51,051 nt of DNA, filler included, from Streblomastix strix (GCA_008636045.1; 3 parts of 3 records of this genome joined end to end with filler, not necessarily neighbours in it); one strand, 5' to 3'. Positions 14,787 through 26,592 are shown, counted from the first letter of the whole stretch. Program-made: numbers and translations. Notes: generated from the letters alone by a model not told the origin.

Positions 14787-16558
14787 TCAAGTGTATTACT
14801 CATGTTTGTGTGCGATGAGAAGTTGACTCTCTTACCCAGAATTATTAATTTATAGCAAATTCTGATTGGTTGTTATAATTATATATAAAAAAATTATAGA
14901 AATTAAAATAATTAATCTATACAAAATAAATCATTTAAAAAATTTTTCCAATACAAATCATTAAAATCCAAACCTTCCTTCTCACAGCAATCATAACTAC
15001 AATCCCAATAGCAACAACAGATCCAATCAGAAATATCAATCCAATAACAATCCCAGCAACTGCACCTCCACTGAGCTTTTTATCATCCCGTTCTTTAGGC
15101 AATGTGATATTCCCACTGATTTTGTTCTTATCATCAATTTAAACTTCATAATATATTGAACCTTCACTACCATCTGATATCGATCCTTTGAATAAGTTTT
15201 TGATTTTCTGTTCAGTGTTTTTATGTTTCCAGTTTTTAGGATAACAGCTGAACTACAAATAGGCATCTTTCCCTAATTAATATGATTGGTTATTTTTATT
15301 AGAACTAAAATCATTATGTTTGAATTCAAAAAAAGAAGTAGGATTGTTAGAATTCAGGAAGATTGCCCCTGAATATTCTCCAGTGTTTTCTGAGAAAATG
15401 TTATTGTTGATCTTGAATTGGTGCTTTTATTTGGAAAATAGTACATCATCGCGTATAAACACTGCTCCAGCTCTTGAATTATAGCTTGAACTGCTACAAA
15501 AAATGCTCTCAGTGATTTCAATGTCACAATTTGCAAGTATTTCCAGTCTTAGCGCCGAAGCGCCATACTCTGATTAATTGAAATCAAAATTTAAAAAAAC
15601 GCAGTTGTGAATCTGAATGGAGGAATCTCGGTGTGTTTGAATGAATTACACTGCAGACGATCCTGATATAGCTGAAATATCTTGGAATGAGCTGTTTTAA
15701 ATGATTGTTTGCTTGCAGTCTTCTGCTTTGATAAAGTATATGTTTGACGATTAATTCAGACCATTCCCATTGAAATTGCAGTTTACTGATTCAAATTTAC
15801 TGGCATTGCAAACCAAAATCTGATAAATTGCCTGAATATCATATTTTATAATTGACTTGAAAATGCACTCTTATACAGTAAGCGAGAAAATACAGTCATT
15901 ATTTATCGCTTTAATAAGAGAAACACTTGGTGTAATATTCTATGTGGAATTATCACCAATTAATGAGAACTAGAATTCAATGTTTCTAAGAAAGACATCA
16001 CATAAATAAACATAAACTATTTCTTCACTCTAAATACCAACTTTCCAAGATGTAGGACGGTTATTTATGCCCTTATTATTTATATAATGTATAAAAATAA
16101 ATCAACAAAAAAATTAAAATATGAAAAAAGAAAATTGAAGATGAAATTTTTATTAAATATAATCAAAATAACAATATTAATTATATTATTATTAAAAATA
16201 TACATTATTTATTTTTACAAACTTCAATTAATACAGACTAGTTTGTGTAAATTGAAAGATGTTCAACATGTTCAGTATTTACCAATGATATTTAATATCC
16301 GCCAGATTCCTTGCAATCTATCCCAAGAGCTTGAGCTACTGTACTGTAATCTCCTAGGTCAGATTAACTTACTTTCCATTAGCAAAGATGTTTGGATAAT
16401 TCAAATAAACCAATACTTTATTATTAATGTATAGTAAAATTTCTGTTTGAATCATGGATTTCCAGATAATTTAATGGAAAATTTTATAAATCAGCACTTT
16501 ATGTTGAAATATCAAGATTAAAGGAAACAATAATACAAAAAATAAAAGTAATTATCAT
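14787..16558 (-). CDS. Putative type I single-pass surface membrane protein
   Basis: Hydrophobic N-terminus MIITFIFCIIVSF (signal-like), a Cys-containing extracellular region, TM segment SGGAVAGIVIGLIFLIGSVVAIGIVVMIAV followed by RRK and a short tail to TGA. At least two introns with GTTTG donors. Confidence 0.7.
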
Positions 16559-16954
16559 CTATCTTTTTGAAATTAGAAAAAAAATATAAAATGTTAAAAT
16601 AAATGATTTAAATTAGTAAATAAACTTTGAAATTTAAATAGATTGTAGATATTTGGATTATATTTTAATACAATTTATTCAATTTAAACTTAGGTAATAA
16701 AATTAAACAAGCAATTTAAATAAAAATTAATAATTAATTAAAAAATTTAAAATTACAAAAAAAAAATATGAAAAATGATTTTATAAAATAGCTAATAAAT
16801 ATATTAAACAATAAAATTAGAATGAAACAATTTTGGCAGAATTTAGGATTATTCAAAAAATTTATAATGTATGGGGCTGATCGCGAAGAAAATTCGATAT
16901 CTTAGCAATGAGCGAAGTTGAAGGAGAATCACCAAGTGAAGCCATCGAGTCTGC

Positions 16955-17054
16955 NNNNNNNNNNNNNNNNNNNNNNNNNNNNNNNNNNNNNNNNNNNNTT
17001 AATTAATTAANNNNNNNNNNNNNNNNNNNNNNNNNNNNNNNNNNNNNNNNNNNN
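16955..17054. other. Artificial contig-joining linker
   Basis: 44 N + TTAATTAATTAA (standard-code stops in all six frames) + 44 N; identical to the linker at 34008-34107. Confidence 0.95.
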
Positions 17055-17233
17055 AAATTTACGTATTTTCAATAAAAAATTATCAATTTTTGTAACAAAA
17101 ATTTCATAGAAATTAAAAATTTTTTTTTCTATATTAAATTTTAAATCTTATTTTTTGATCCAGCCACAGTGTCAGCCATAGAGCAAGCCATTTGATTCGA
17201 AAAAAAGTTTTTTTCATCCAACCAACATATATT
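17055..17233. repeat. Dispersed repeat, near-identical to 32598-32775; probable end of a non-autonomous element
   Basis: AAATTTACGTATTTTCAATAAAAAATTATC...GTGTCAGCCATAG...CCAACATATATT occurs at both places with few differences; this copy is cut by the contig start. Confidence 0.85.
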
Positions 17234-18396
17234 ATTAAATGAAATTCAATTTTGAATAAAAATATTAAAATTCGGGAACATATTTTTGCCAAATTTTTAA
17301 AATAATATAATAAAATTAATTGAGAAAACTCAATAAAAATAAGAAATATTTTCAATATCATTAGATAATATGTTCGAAATTATTACAGAATATATTTTGA
17401 AATGTGAACTTATTAAAATAATTATAAAAAATTAAAAAAAAAACTAAACTAAAATATAAAGAAATAAATGAGAAAAAGAAATTAGATAAAAACCCGATAT
17501 ATTTTATAATAATTTTTTGAGATAAATATTATCAATTGGTGAACAAAATGAACATAATAATAATAATACAATAAACTAAAATAAATTTCTAATAGCAAAT
17601 CAATAACTAAGTAATTAAGAAACTCAGCAGTTTCAAAAAGAAAAAAGTTTGTTGCTATTTAATGCGGATATTGATTAATAAAAAGTGCAAATTATAAAAT
17701 AATTGAGTGTTAAATATTAAAATTCGTAGAATATAATAAAAACAATGTATTTGTAAAAACAGTAAACTCAAAAAATTGAACTTTTTTCTGTAGCTATAAA
17801 TGAATTGAAATTATATTTTAAATTGAAATTAAAATATTATAAACAAATTATAATTATGAATTCTAAAAGTTTGATTCATTTAGATATATCTACGTTTTTT
17901 ATCGAGGCTTTTTTCCCAATTAAAAGGTGTTGCTTTTTTAATTCATTCTATGATTGAATTTTCTTAACATATTTGAAATTGTTAAATTTTTAATTTTTGC
18001 GCTTACTCTATTACTTATTTTAATTTATACTTTTTATCCAATGCTTTAGAGACAATTTCATTTAAATTTATTTTTCCACCGATTCAAATCTATAATTTCT
18101 ATTTTCCAATGTTTTGTTTTCAATATATTTTTAGTTTTAGCTCATTAATTATATATTATTAAACTAATACCAGAATAATCACTTGTGCGCAATATTCCTA
18201 TTCATTGATATTTTCTTATTTAAAATAAGCAAAAGAACCTTCAATACAGAACAATTTTTATTTAAAATTTTATAATTTTCTAATAAAATATATTCCCAGA
18301 TATAAATAACCTTATAACTTTTTTTAATGTTAAATTCATCCTTCCTTATAATAAATTATTTATTAACTTTGCTTTCTTTTATATTTCATTTTTCAG

Positions 18397-20460
18397 ATGG
18401 AAGAATCTACTTTTCGCCCGGATTTACCTTCATTGTTTGGTTCAACTACTAGTTCAGATGTCACTGTATGAATATATCATATTTTCTTCTTTATTTACTT
18501 TATTAATCAATTTTCAGACAATTATTCCTCGTTTAATCCAAGATCTAGAATCCAACAACACAAATCTTCATACTCCTTCACTTCGATAGCTATTGGAGAT
18601 TATGATGCATGGAACTATTACTTTTTTCTATTCTGAAATAATTTTATTTTATTTATAAGATCATGGAAGCAAAGATTTATCTTTGAAATACAATCTGATG
18701 CCTTTACTAAACAAATTCGCTGGAAACATAGAAAAAAATGAAGAATTTGTTTGTAATTATTTATTTATTAATTAAGATTTTGATATTTTTCTAATAATTT
18801 TTATTTCATGTTCTGAGTACAACGATCTTACATGTTATTGGAGTTCGAAATGGAAGTGATGACAAAACAATTCTTGCAGGAGCTGCAATTGACTCAATAA
18901 TTCATTCTTTATTTGTATGTTCTTATTTTATTTATTTGCTTTTTTAATGTATTTTATTTATATTCAGTCTAGAGATGGAAAGACATCAAAATCACGAAGC
19001 AAAGCACTTTGTGAACTTATTGAAGAAAATGAAATCATCCGACATTCACTGATGACAACTGGGTTCATCTAGAAAGTTCAATATGCATTCATTAATAGCT
19101 CATAATCTTCTTCTTCTTCGTCGTCTTCATAAACGGAAAGCACAACACCTTATCATGTGAAATGTGGACTTCTTGATATTTTACTTAGACTTGTTACAGG
19201 TTCTGATGATCTTCAACCAACTTCGATTCTGATTCCAATTCTGACCGAATTGAAGAACAATGGAGAAAAAGAAATAAAAAATAAATCAATCAATATTTTG
19301 GGTATTTAAAATACTAAAGGAATCAATGCTATATCTTTTGATTTTAAAGAAAAAGATGATGAAATCAAGTAATTGAAAGAAGCAATGGAAAGAAAAGAAG
19401 AAGAATTGAGAAGAAATGAAGAAGAATTAAGAAGAAAAGAAGAAGAATTGAGAAGAAATAAAGAAGAGCTTTAAATGGAAAGAAGAAGAGCTGATGAAGC
19501 TTAATAATGAATTCACAGATTTGAATAAGATAAATAATAAGAAAAATAAGAGAAAGAGAAAAAAGAAGCTGAACTGAAGAAATTGAAGGGTGAGAATGAG
19601 AATCTGAAATCCAATCAGAAACAATAAATAGAGAATCCTATTCAAAAATAATCCCAAGGTATTAATTATATATTTTATTATATTATATTGTTTTATTATA
19701 CAATATTTTTTATTTCAAAATAGATTTCCCTATTGCAATTCACCACATTAATTCAGGCTATTAATATTTCTCTGATATCAACGGAGTTATGAAGAAGATT
19801 ACTTAGAAGCAGGATTAAGCTATGCGTTCTTCATTGACTTAAGTAATGGAGAATGGAATATGGGACCTGGAAGCTCAATTCAACACTACATATTCTGATG
19901 GATGGGGAGGTTTGAATCAATAATTTATTATTATTATTCAATTTATTATTTATTGATGATTAGCTCTCGGAATCGTTTAAGACTCATTCAGCATCCCTGT
20001 TAGTTGTTATCCAGATAACAATTCTGGTACTGCTTTCATTTGTGGGAAGTTTGTTTTATATTTATTTCTAAATTATTCAATTTATCATTTCTGATATTTT
20101 ATTAGAGGATGGGATACAGATGGGAAAGTTTATGTTAAAGGAAGAAACAGTGCAGATGGAAATGCAGCATTCACTAATAACTAGATTGTTAAGATTGAAT
20201 TTGATTCTGGGAAAGGAACGTTGCACTTATTCGTTGATGGAGCTCATCAACCAATCTACATCTCAGGAATCAATGAAAAAGCCAGATTCGTCGTCTGCAA
20301 ATTAATAATTTATTGCAAATTCTTTTTTATATTATTAATTTTATTTTTATTTCAGATTTACATGTTCTATTCTGGTTCAACATGCACCCTTCGATCTCTG
20401 AAGAAACTTTCAACACCAACAGTTGGACATCTGCCAAATGAGAAAGCTCTTCAATGGTGA
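18397..20460 (+). CDS. Multi-exon ARM-like / coiled-coil / SPRY-like protein, related to the 10321-14062 gene
   Basis: MEESTFRPDLPSLFG... start; helical N-terminal exons; E/K/R-rich coil at 19350-19620; C-terminal SLTQVMENGIWDLEAQF...LGIVQDSFSIP...IVKIEFDSGKGTLHLFVDGAHQPIYISGINEKARFV...LPNEKALQW-TGA. Confidence 0.82.
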
Positions 20461-20571
20461 AAGAACTCATTCATTAGATCAATATAAAGAAAAATCACTT
20501 ATTGTCAAAATTATATTCATTCAGCGAAATATTTCTACTTGATCTGATTCAATTTTAATCTGTCACTTTCT

Positions 20572-20691
20572 TAACCACTCCATTTCATTACGAGATTATC
20601 TAGCATCCACTTAATCTGGACTACCTTTTTATTCTGAGACTGTAACCTATGGCAATGGGTCCAGTCAACCGAAAATAAGGCAAATATTCAC
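20572..20691. repeat. DIRS left inverted terminal repeat
   Basis: TTTTTATTCTGAGACTGTAACCTATGGCAATGGGTCCAGTCAA...AAATATTCAC is the reverse complement of sequence at 26281-26343; the outer 70 nt pair with the ICR. Confidence 0.92.
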
Positions 20692-20693
20692 GT

Positions 20694-22244
20694 ATGAGCG
20701 ACTCTATTAAGTAATACGAAGTGTAATCTCAAAAGGATCCACCTCGTATAGACATTCCCATACAAATATCCGAACCTCACGAACCTACTCAAGAGATATT
20801 CCACTGTTCGTCAAAAACGCAACTTTCCGACCTTCCAAAGAATCTGAAACAAATTATGGAGGATGATGCAGACAATTATAAGCAATTGGAAGACGAATAC
20901 ATGGATTCGAAAGGGTGCGAGGTTTACGTCGATGAAAGGGACGGCGAAGTTTCTGTACGCTTCCGGGGCCAAGCAAAGGCAATTGTTGGAGAGAATGGAC
21001 ATTTTGAACCTAATACTGGTGAGGAGCTGCATTATAATTTTTGGGAATTCGAGTCTCCGGAGGACATGAAGATCTGGACAGCTTGTATACTCGCTGACGC
21101 CGCATAAATTAAATCTTCCCACCTGAACGAAGCAGTTCGATCACAATTACAATATGCTACCTTCAGGGATAACAAGCAACCCAACAGTGATGCATTTGTA
21201 CTACCAAAGATGATACCAGTCAAGCGCAAGCGTGGTGAAAGCCAGTCTGTTGGAAATATAAATTCGAATTCATTGTAAGCCTAGTTCCAGCAGCAGAGGC
21301 AGCAGTACTCGAAGTTTAACTCACTGGCAGACCAGAAAGTTGCTTAGGATCTCGTTACTTCATTTGAAGGTGTGCTTAGGAAGCAGGCTTCGAAAATCGA
21401 CATGTTAAGTTACACCCTCGAGCCAGTCGCGAGGCAGAAGCTTTTTGAGGAAATATCTTGGGATGGGGCCAATATTATCTTTCCAATGCCTGAAGTTGGA
21501 CCTCTGCAGAAGGAAGAAGGACCAGGATATGCGCGGAAATCACTAGAATCTGCAGTGGTTGTTACTCAAGGAATGGCGATGTTGATTAATGATGCAGCTA
21601 AGAATGAAACGAATAATCTAGTAGGAAAGATGCTTAAAATTTTTGAGGCTTCACTTGTATCTGTCGCTGATTCACAGATTGAAAGAGAATCAAGGTTAGA
21701 AGGAGTATATTAAGGTCCCTAATCTGAGGATGTCTTATCGTTGCAAACAAAAGAAAGATTCAAAAGAAAGACAGGGAAATAAATAAATATTGGAGGAAGA
21801 AAGTTTGGGAAAACTTTTACAAAATACAATAGTTTGAACAGAGGAAGGAAGAGATGGAACAAGAGAAGTTTCGGATTCAAACCAAGAGCGGGATTTAATC
21901 GCGAACTTAAGTCAAAGAGCTTCAAATTCAATAATTATTCGAATCATACTGATGATAAGAATTCTCCCTGTTTGCCAGGATCTTAATCCAACTCTAATCA
22001 CTTCATACAACACAAAACCTCTACTTCACACACCTCTGTAACACACATTATCTCTAAATAGCGTATCCCTGTTAAAAGAATCTTCATACCAAAATTTGAC
22101 TAATTAGTATCAAGGATTCAAATCAAATTCAACAGTTAAACATTCCAAATTGAATTAAAATTAACCAGACATTACAATAAAATACATTCCATCAGTCGCA
22201 AGAGACCAATTCAATGCAATATATCGGGATATCCAATCCTTTGA
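20694..22244 (+). CDS. DIRS ORF1, gag-like protein
   Basis: Open from ATG 20694 (MSDSIKQYEV...) to TGA 22242-22244 when TAA/TAG=Gln; joins track ORFs 20856 and 21372, which share this frame; basic Arg/Gly-rich segment near 21790-21900. Gag role is inferred from position. Confidence 0.75.
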
Positions 22245-25112
22245 CCCTGCAAACAGAGTAAATGAAAGTAGAATAAAGTCAGTGTGTTGGGATAGAATCT
22301 CCTTGGACCCTGACTAAAGTGAAGAAAATGAGTCAGTGTGTCGGGATGAGAAATCCTTAGACCCTGACAAGCAACAAGTAGTTTGTGCAGTGCATTGGGG
22401 AGATTGTCCCTTGGACCCTGCAATACAAGAAGAATAATAAGAAGAATAATAAAATGGAATCAAATAATAATAGAATAATTAATAATCTGAAGAACAAATG
22501 TAAATTAGAGGATTATATTCAAGAATAAATGTACCCTCCATAATAAAATTCAATCAACACAGATCAATAAAATACCTATCATCAAAAACGGCTGAAAGAT
22601 CCAGCAAGAGTGGTTTCAACTTCTCCAATAGGTATTACAGTTTCTAACATCGAAATTAAACCCGACTTTACCCAATAATTATCAACAGGTCAACAATCAG
22701 CTAGCAGCATCCTTCAAGACACTCATCAACTACAAGTACAATCTCTTCAAACAACTAGTTACCAGACTACAATCGATTCGTAACTCAGTAGAGAATGTCC
22801 ACCTATCGAGATCTCTCCTAATCACATTAAATACCTGCTAGAGAACCACTAGACTCAAACTAAATGGCCAATAGGCGGAAGACTGATCCATTTTCTGGAC
22901 ATATGGAAGCTTATCAAGGCAGAAACACTGATCACTAGGGGTATAAAAGCATATTGGATAAACAAACAATCACCAGCTAGCCTACAATCGAATATGACAA
23001 TTCCTATCCAGAATCGATCTAAAGAGAGTTAAGAAGCACTAGGTCTACTAATTTAGAAGGAGCTGCAGGAAGAAATAGTCGAGGAAGTGTCTCTGAATTA
23101 ACTAAAATGGATCAATCCTTGCTTTGCGATACCGAAGAAGGATCAGGAAAAATGGAGAAAGATAACAGATTGTTCTTTATTGAATAAATATCTCCAATCC
23201 ACACATTTCATAATGGAAGATATTCAAAGTCTCTGACAACTACTGCAACCCAAGGACTTCATGGTAAAGATCGATCTAGAGTCCGCATTTCATCATATCC
23301 AAGTAGATTAGGATTTCAGACCATTCCTCGGTTTCACTTTCAATCATAAATACTACCAGTATAAAGCAATGTGTTTTGGGGTCAAGCATGCTCCACTCAT
23401 CTTCCATAAGACTCTTCGTCCAGTGATTAAATTCATCAGAGAAGTTCTTCATGTCCGAATCATTGCATATTGCGACGATATCATCATTTTACATCAAAAT
23501 CAAGAAGAACTAATCTACAAAGATATAACAAATCATTAATACGCTAACAAACTTTGGGTTCAAAATATCAATGAACAAGTCTGTACTTCAACCGGCAATG
23601 CAAATGGAGTTTCTAAGGCGGTAGATAGATTCCAATTTAGATCAACTGTCAATGACTCTTAGTAGACAAAAGAAGATAAACCAAATGTTGGGTAGATGGA
23701 GAAGGATTGTAGTGTATCATCAAATGGTAAAAGTGAGATTCTTGGCTAGTTTCATCGGGTCATTGAATTTCTTGCGACTACAATTTAAGAGAGGCGGGAT
23801 CCATCTGAAGAAGCTAAATAAGATCAAATCAAGGGCAGCCCTGCAAAAAGGTTGAAATGCATTGACAACTCCGAACATGTAGGTATTGAAGGAGATATTT
23901 TGGTGGAAGTCGATGGTAACAAGAAATAAACCGATTTAAGCTACAATAGCCCTAGCTCAGGCAATACTAGCAACAGATGAGAGTCTTACACATTGGGGAG
24001 CGACGCTGAAAATGCAAGATCCGGCTCAGGAAGTTTGGTTTTGGGGTAAATGGAGTCTGAATTGGCATCTTACTAGCAGCAATCAGTGAGAAGCAGCAGC
24101 TATTCTTTGCGCGCTTCGCCGATCCGTGAGCTACTTAAAAGAAAGATAGATAAAATCACTTAAGATCGAGACAGATAACAGCTCAGCTGCATACAACATC
24201 AATCGGGGCTCAGCTGCGGTAGCACTCGCAAAATTGGTAGATCGAACTCTAGAAACAGCAGAAGTTCTCAACCTCCAGCTTCACGCATTCCACATTCCCG
24301 GAGTCACAAACAGGATCTCGGACTCATTATCCAGATTAGCAACCTCAGTGGATTATTCACTTCACCAAGAAGTCTTCGAGGAAGCACTGCGATCATTAAG
24401 GACTCGACCATCAATAGATATGTTTGCTAACAGGAAGAATCGAAAGTTGAAGCGATTTGTGAGCCTGACATCAGACAGCTGGGCAGTGGGATAGGACTGC
24501 ATGGCACTCCCGTGGAAGGGCGAGCTACCATACCTTCACCCTCCACTTCCAATGATCCAAGCAACGCTCAACAAAGTCAGGGAGGAGAATGTTGCAGCAT
24601 TGATCGTAGTGCCAAACTGGCCATCCCAATCATGGTGGCCAAGTCTGATGGAGCTATCAACTAATTATGTTAACCTGGGAAAAAGCGCAGACGTGTTGAA
24701 ACCAAGGGGCAGGATGAGGAAAGCTAAAAAGCATCTTCCACCAGGCGAGTTACTCGCAGTTCGGTTAGAGGTGACAGAGGAGAAGAACTGTTCAAATGGA
24801 TACTTTCGAAAAGGTAATTCACTGATGATGAAACACAACAAGTCATTGATGGATGGCATAGCATTTGGAGCAGACACAAGTAAAGAATAGGAGAGTTTGA
24901 AGAGTTCTGGACTAAATCTGGAAAGTCATGGGAAGATTTAACAACTGTAAAGGATCCAGAAACAGTTATATCGAACTTCATTGCCTAGTAAATCTCTGTA
25001 CACGCTACAAATGCCAATTCGAATGCATGCAGAACAGCAGTTGGGATGTTATTCAGGATCTAAAGCTTCCAGAAGGAGAGAATAAATGGGTTTGCACTAA
25101 AGTAGATTATGA
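21952..25112 (+). pseudogene. DIRS ORF2: reverse transcriptase, RNase H and adenine-methyltransferase-like domain, disrupted
   Basis: IGGRLIHFLDIW, NPCFAIPKK, KIDLESAFHHI, MCFGVKHAP, YCDD (23468-23479); RNase H ATDES...ETDNSSA...HIPGVTNRISDSLSR; MT-like IDMFANRKN...YLHPPLPMI...VPNWPSQSWWP. In-frame TGA at 23234, 23853 and 24087; frameshifts near 22440 and 23525. Confidence 0.9.
22215..22422. repeat. Array of four 37-nt hairpin-forming repeats inside the DIRS element
   Basis: Units at 22215, 22278, 22332 and 22386, each 37 nt, ending TT(T/G/A)GACCCTG(CA/AC), separated by dissimilar 26, 17 and 17 nt spacers. Confidence 0.85.
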
Positions 25113-25741
25113 AAAAACCTCTTGCAGCTACAAGGAAGAAGAGAAAGGAAGAGCCAATTTACAAGTTAGATATCCTTCTGAAGCACATACAAGAAAGAGC
25201 CGGTATTAGGTAAAAATTAAATGAATAAGAGCACTTAGGATGCACAATATCCTCAATTATGGCATTCTCTACCCTCCGTTTAGCTGAAATCTATAGAGCT
25301 TCAGCAGTCAAGATGGAAGATAATGTATGGCAATTAAATACTTCAATATGGAAAGGTGATAATTATGATCTAACCGTGAAATTCAGACCTCTATCTAATC
25401 CTAAAGTGTGCCCTACAACATGGCTTAATAGTTGGTTTGGTCTGAGAAGAGAAGAAGATCGAGATAAATCACTCTGGTGGCGACCTAAGAACAAGAAGGA
25501 TTCATCTTATGAATATCTCTCCAAAGCTGTACACGTTATCATGCAAGCATCTGGGGTAAAGAAAGAGAATTCAGTCACTTCAATACGTAAATCATCAATC
25601 ACTAAAAGTATTGATCAAGGTGCTACAATCCAAGAGATCAACAGAGCATCTAGACATAAAGATGGACCTAGTACTGTAGCGGTACATTATGATATGAACT
25701 TAAATGATACAGTGAGAGAGAGACTGACAAACTTTGAATGA
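24632..25741 (+). CDS. DIRS ORF3, tyrosine recombinase
   Basis: Open frame overlapping the ORF2 end; FSTLRLAEI (catalytic R), VCPTTWL, TSIRKSSIT (HxxR position with His replaced), SRHKDGPSTVAVHYD (H and catalytic Y); TGA at 25739-25741. Start codon uncertain. Confidence 0.88.
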
Positions 25742-25747
25742 TGATCA

Positions 25748-25847
25748 AGTCTCAGAATAAAAAGGTAGTCCAGATTAAGTGGATGCTAGATAATCTCGTA
25801 ATGAAATGGAGAGGTTATCGTAGCTATCCACGTATCTGGAATACTAC
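25748..25847. repeat. DIRS internal complementary region (ICR)
   Basis: 25748-25817 is the reverse complement of 20572-20641 (69/70), and the adjacent 25818-25847 is the reverse complement of 26345-26374 (30/30). Confidence 0.95.
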
Positions 25848-26280
25848 CTTTTTCCCACCTCATGAACTTCACCCTCCTCCAATATGTATCTATTTACAGA
25901 AGAGTTCAGTTCATTCCCTCCTTATAAGTGCTTTTTATTTGGAGTAATTTTAGTTTATTTTTAGTTTATTTTGTTTAATTGAACAACAATGATTCACATT
26001 TGACAAAGAGGACACTACACTTCTATTTGATATATTAAATTATTTAATTAATTAGCATTACTTTCCTCTTATATTTACTTACTTAACTCATCTATAGTCG
26101 CTCAACAATTTTAAATTTTATATATTATCTTTCAATTTTAATACTATCCTTTAACTAGTCTACTTTAAACGATTTTAATATGATAAAAATGTTGTTAACA
26201 ATTTTTGTTCTTTACGTTTAAAGTTAAATTTTAAATTGATTTTATTTATTTAAGCAGTTTAATGTTATGTTTAACACTTA

Positions 26281-26374
26281 GTGAATATTTTTGGGTTTCA
26301 TTGACTGGACCCATTGCCATAGGTTACAGTCTCAGAATAAAAATGTAGTATTCCAGATACGTGGATAGCTACGA
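26281..26374. repeat. DIRS right inverted terminal repeat with right extension
   Basis: Inverted copy of the left ITR core followed by 30 nt complementary to the second half of the ICR. Confidence 0.92.
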
Positions 26375-26592
26375 ATTCCATTTATCCTTGTATATTCATA
26401 CCGAAATCAATAAATTCAATTAGACTACTATAAACTTCAAATAATTTGTAAAAGTAGAAAATAATATTTTTTTTTATATATTGAACATAAATTTTATTTG
26501 CAAATTATTGTGAAATGGAATATATATGAAATGAATAAAATTTTATTTCATTTAACTAATAAAATATTTAATAATAAAGAAATATTAATTAT

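Larger units (their letters stand above)
20572..26374 (+). mobile_element. Full-length DIRS-1-type tyrosine-recombinase retrotransposon, about 5.8 kb
   Basis: Non-identical inverted terminal repeats, an internal complementary region matching both outer ends, overlapping gag-like, RT-RNaseH-MT and YR ORFs, higher GC than flanks, no introns, no obvious TSD. Confidence 0.95.

Noticed and set aside
16908..16954. Possible gene start MSEVEGESPSEAIES at the contig end
   Set aside because: Only about 15 codons before the linker; cannot be supported.
16999..17010. TTAATTAATTAA palindrome as a biological site
   Set aside because: It is centred in fixed-length N runs and repeated at 34052-34063, so it is a synthetic spacer.
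18612..18659. Non-canonical GA-AG intron in the SPRY-like gene
   Set aside because: The 48-nt intron-like stretch also reads through in frame, so a mutated donor or retained sequence cannot be excluded without transcripts.
22215..22422. CRISPR array (37-nt palindromic repeats with unique spacers)
   Set aside because: Repeats are too divergent, spacers are short and unequal (26, 17, 17 nt), there are no cas genes, and the array lies inside coding frames of a eukaryotic retrotransposon.
23234..24089. TGA reassignment or selenocysteine readthrough in DIRS pol
   Set aside because: The TGA codons sit where different residues (Arg, Trp) are expected, co-occur with frameshifts, and TGA is the normal terminator in the other genes.
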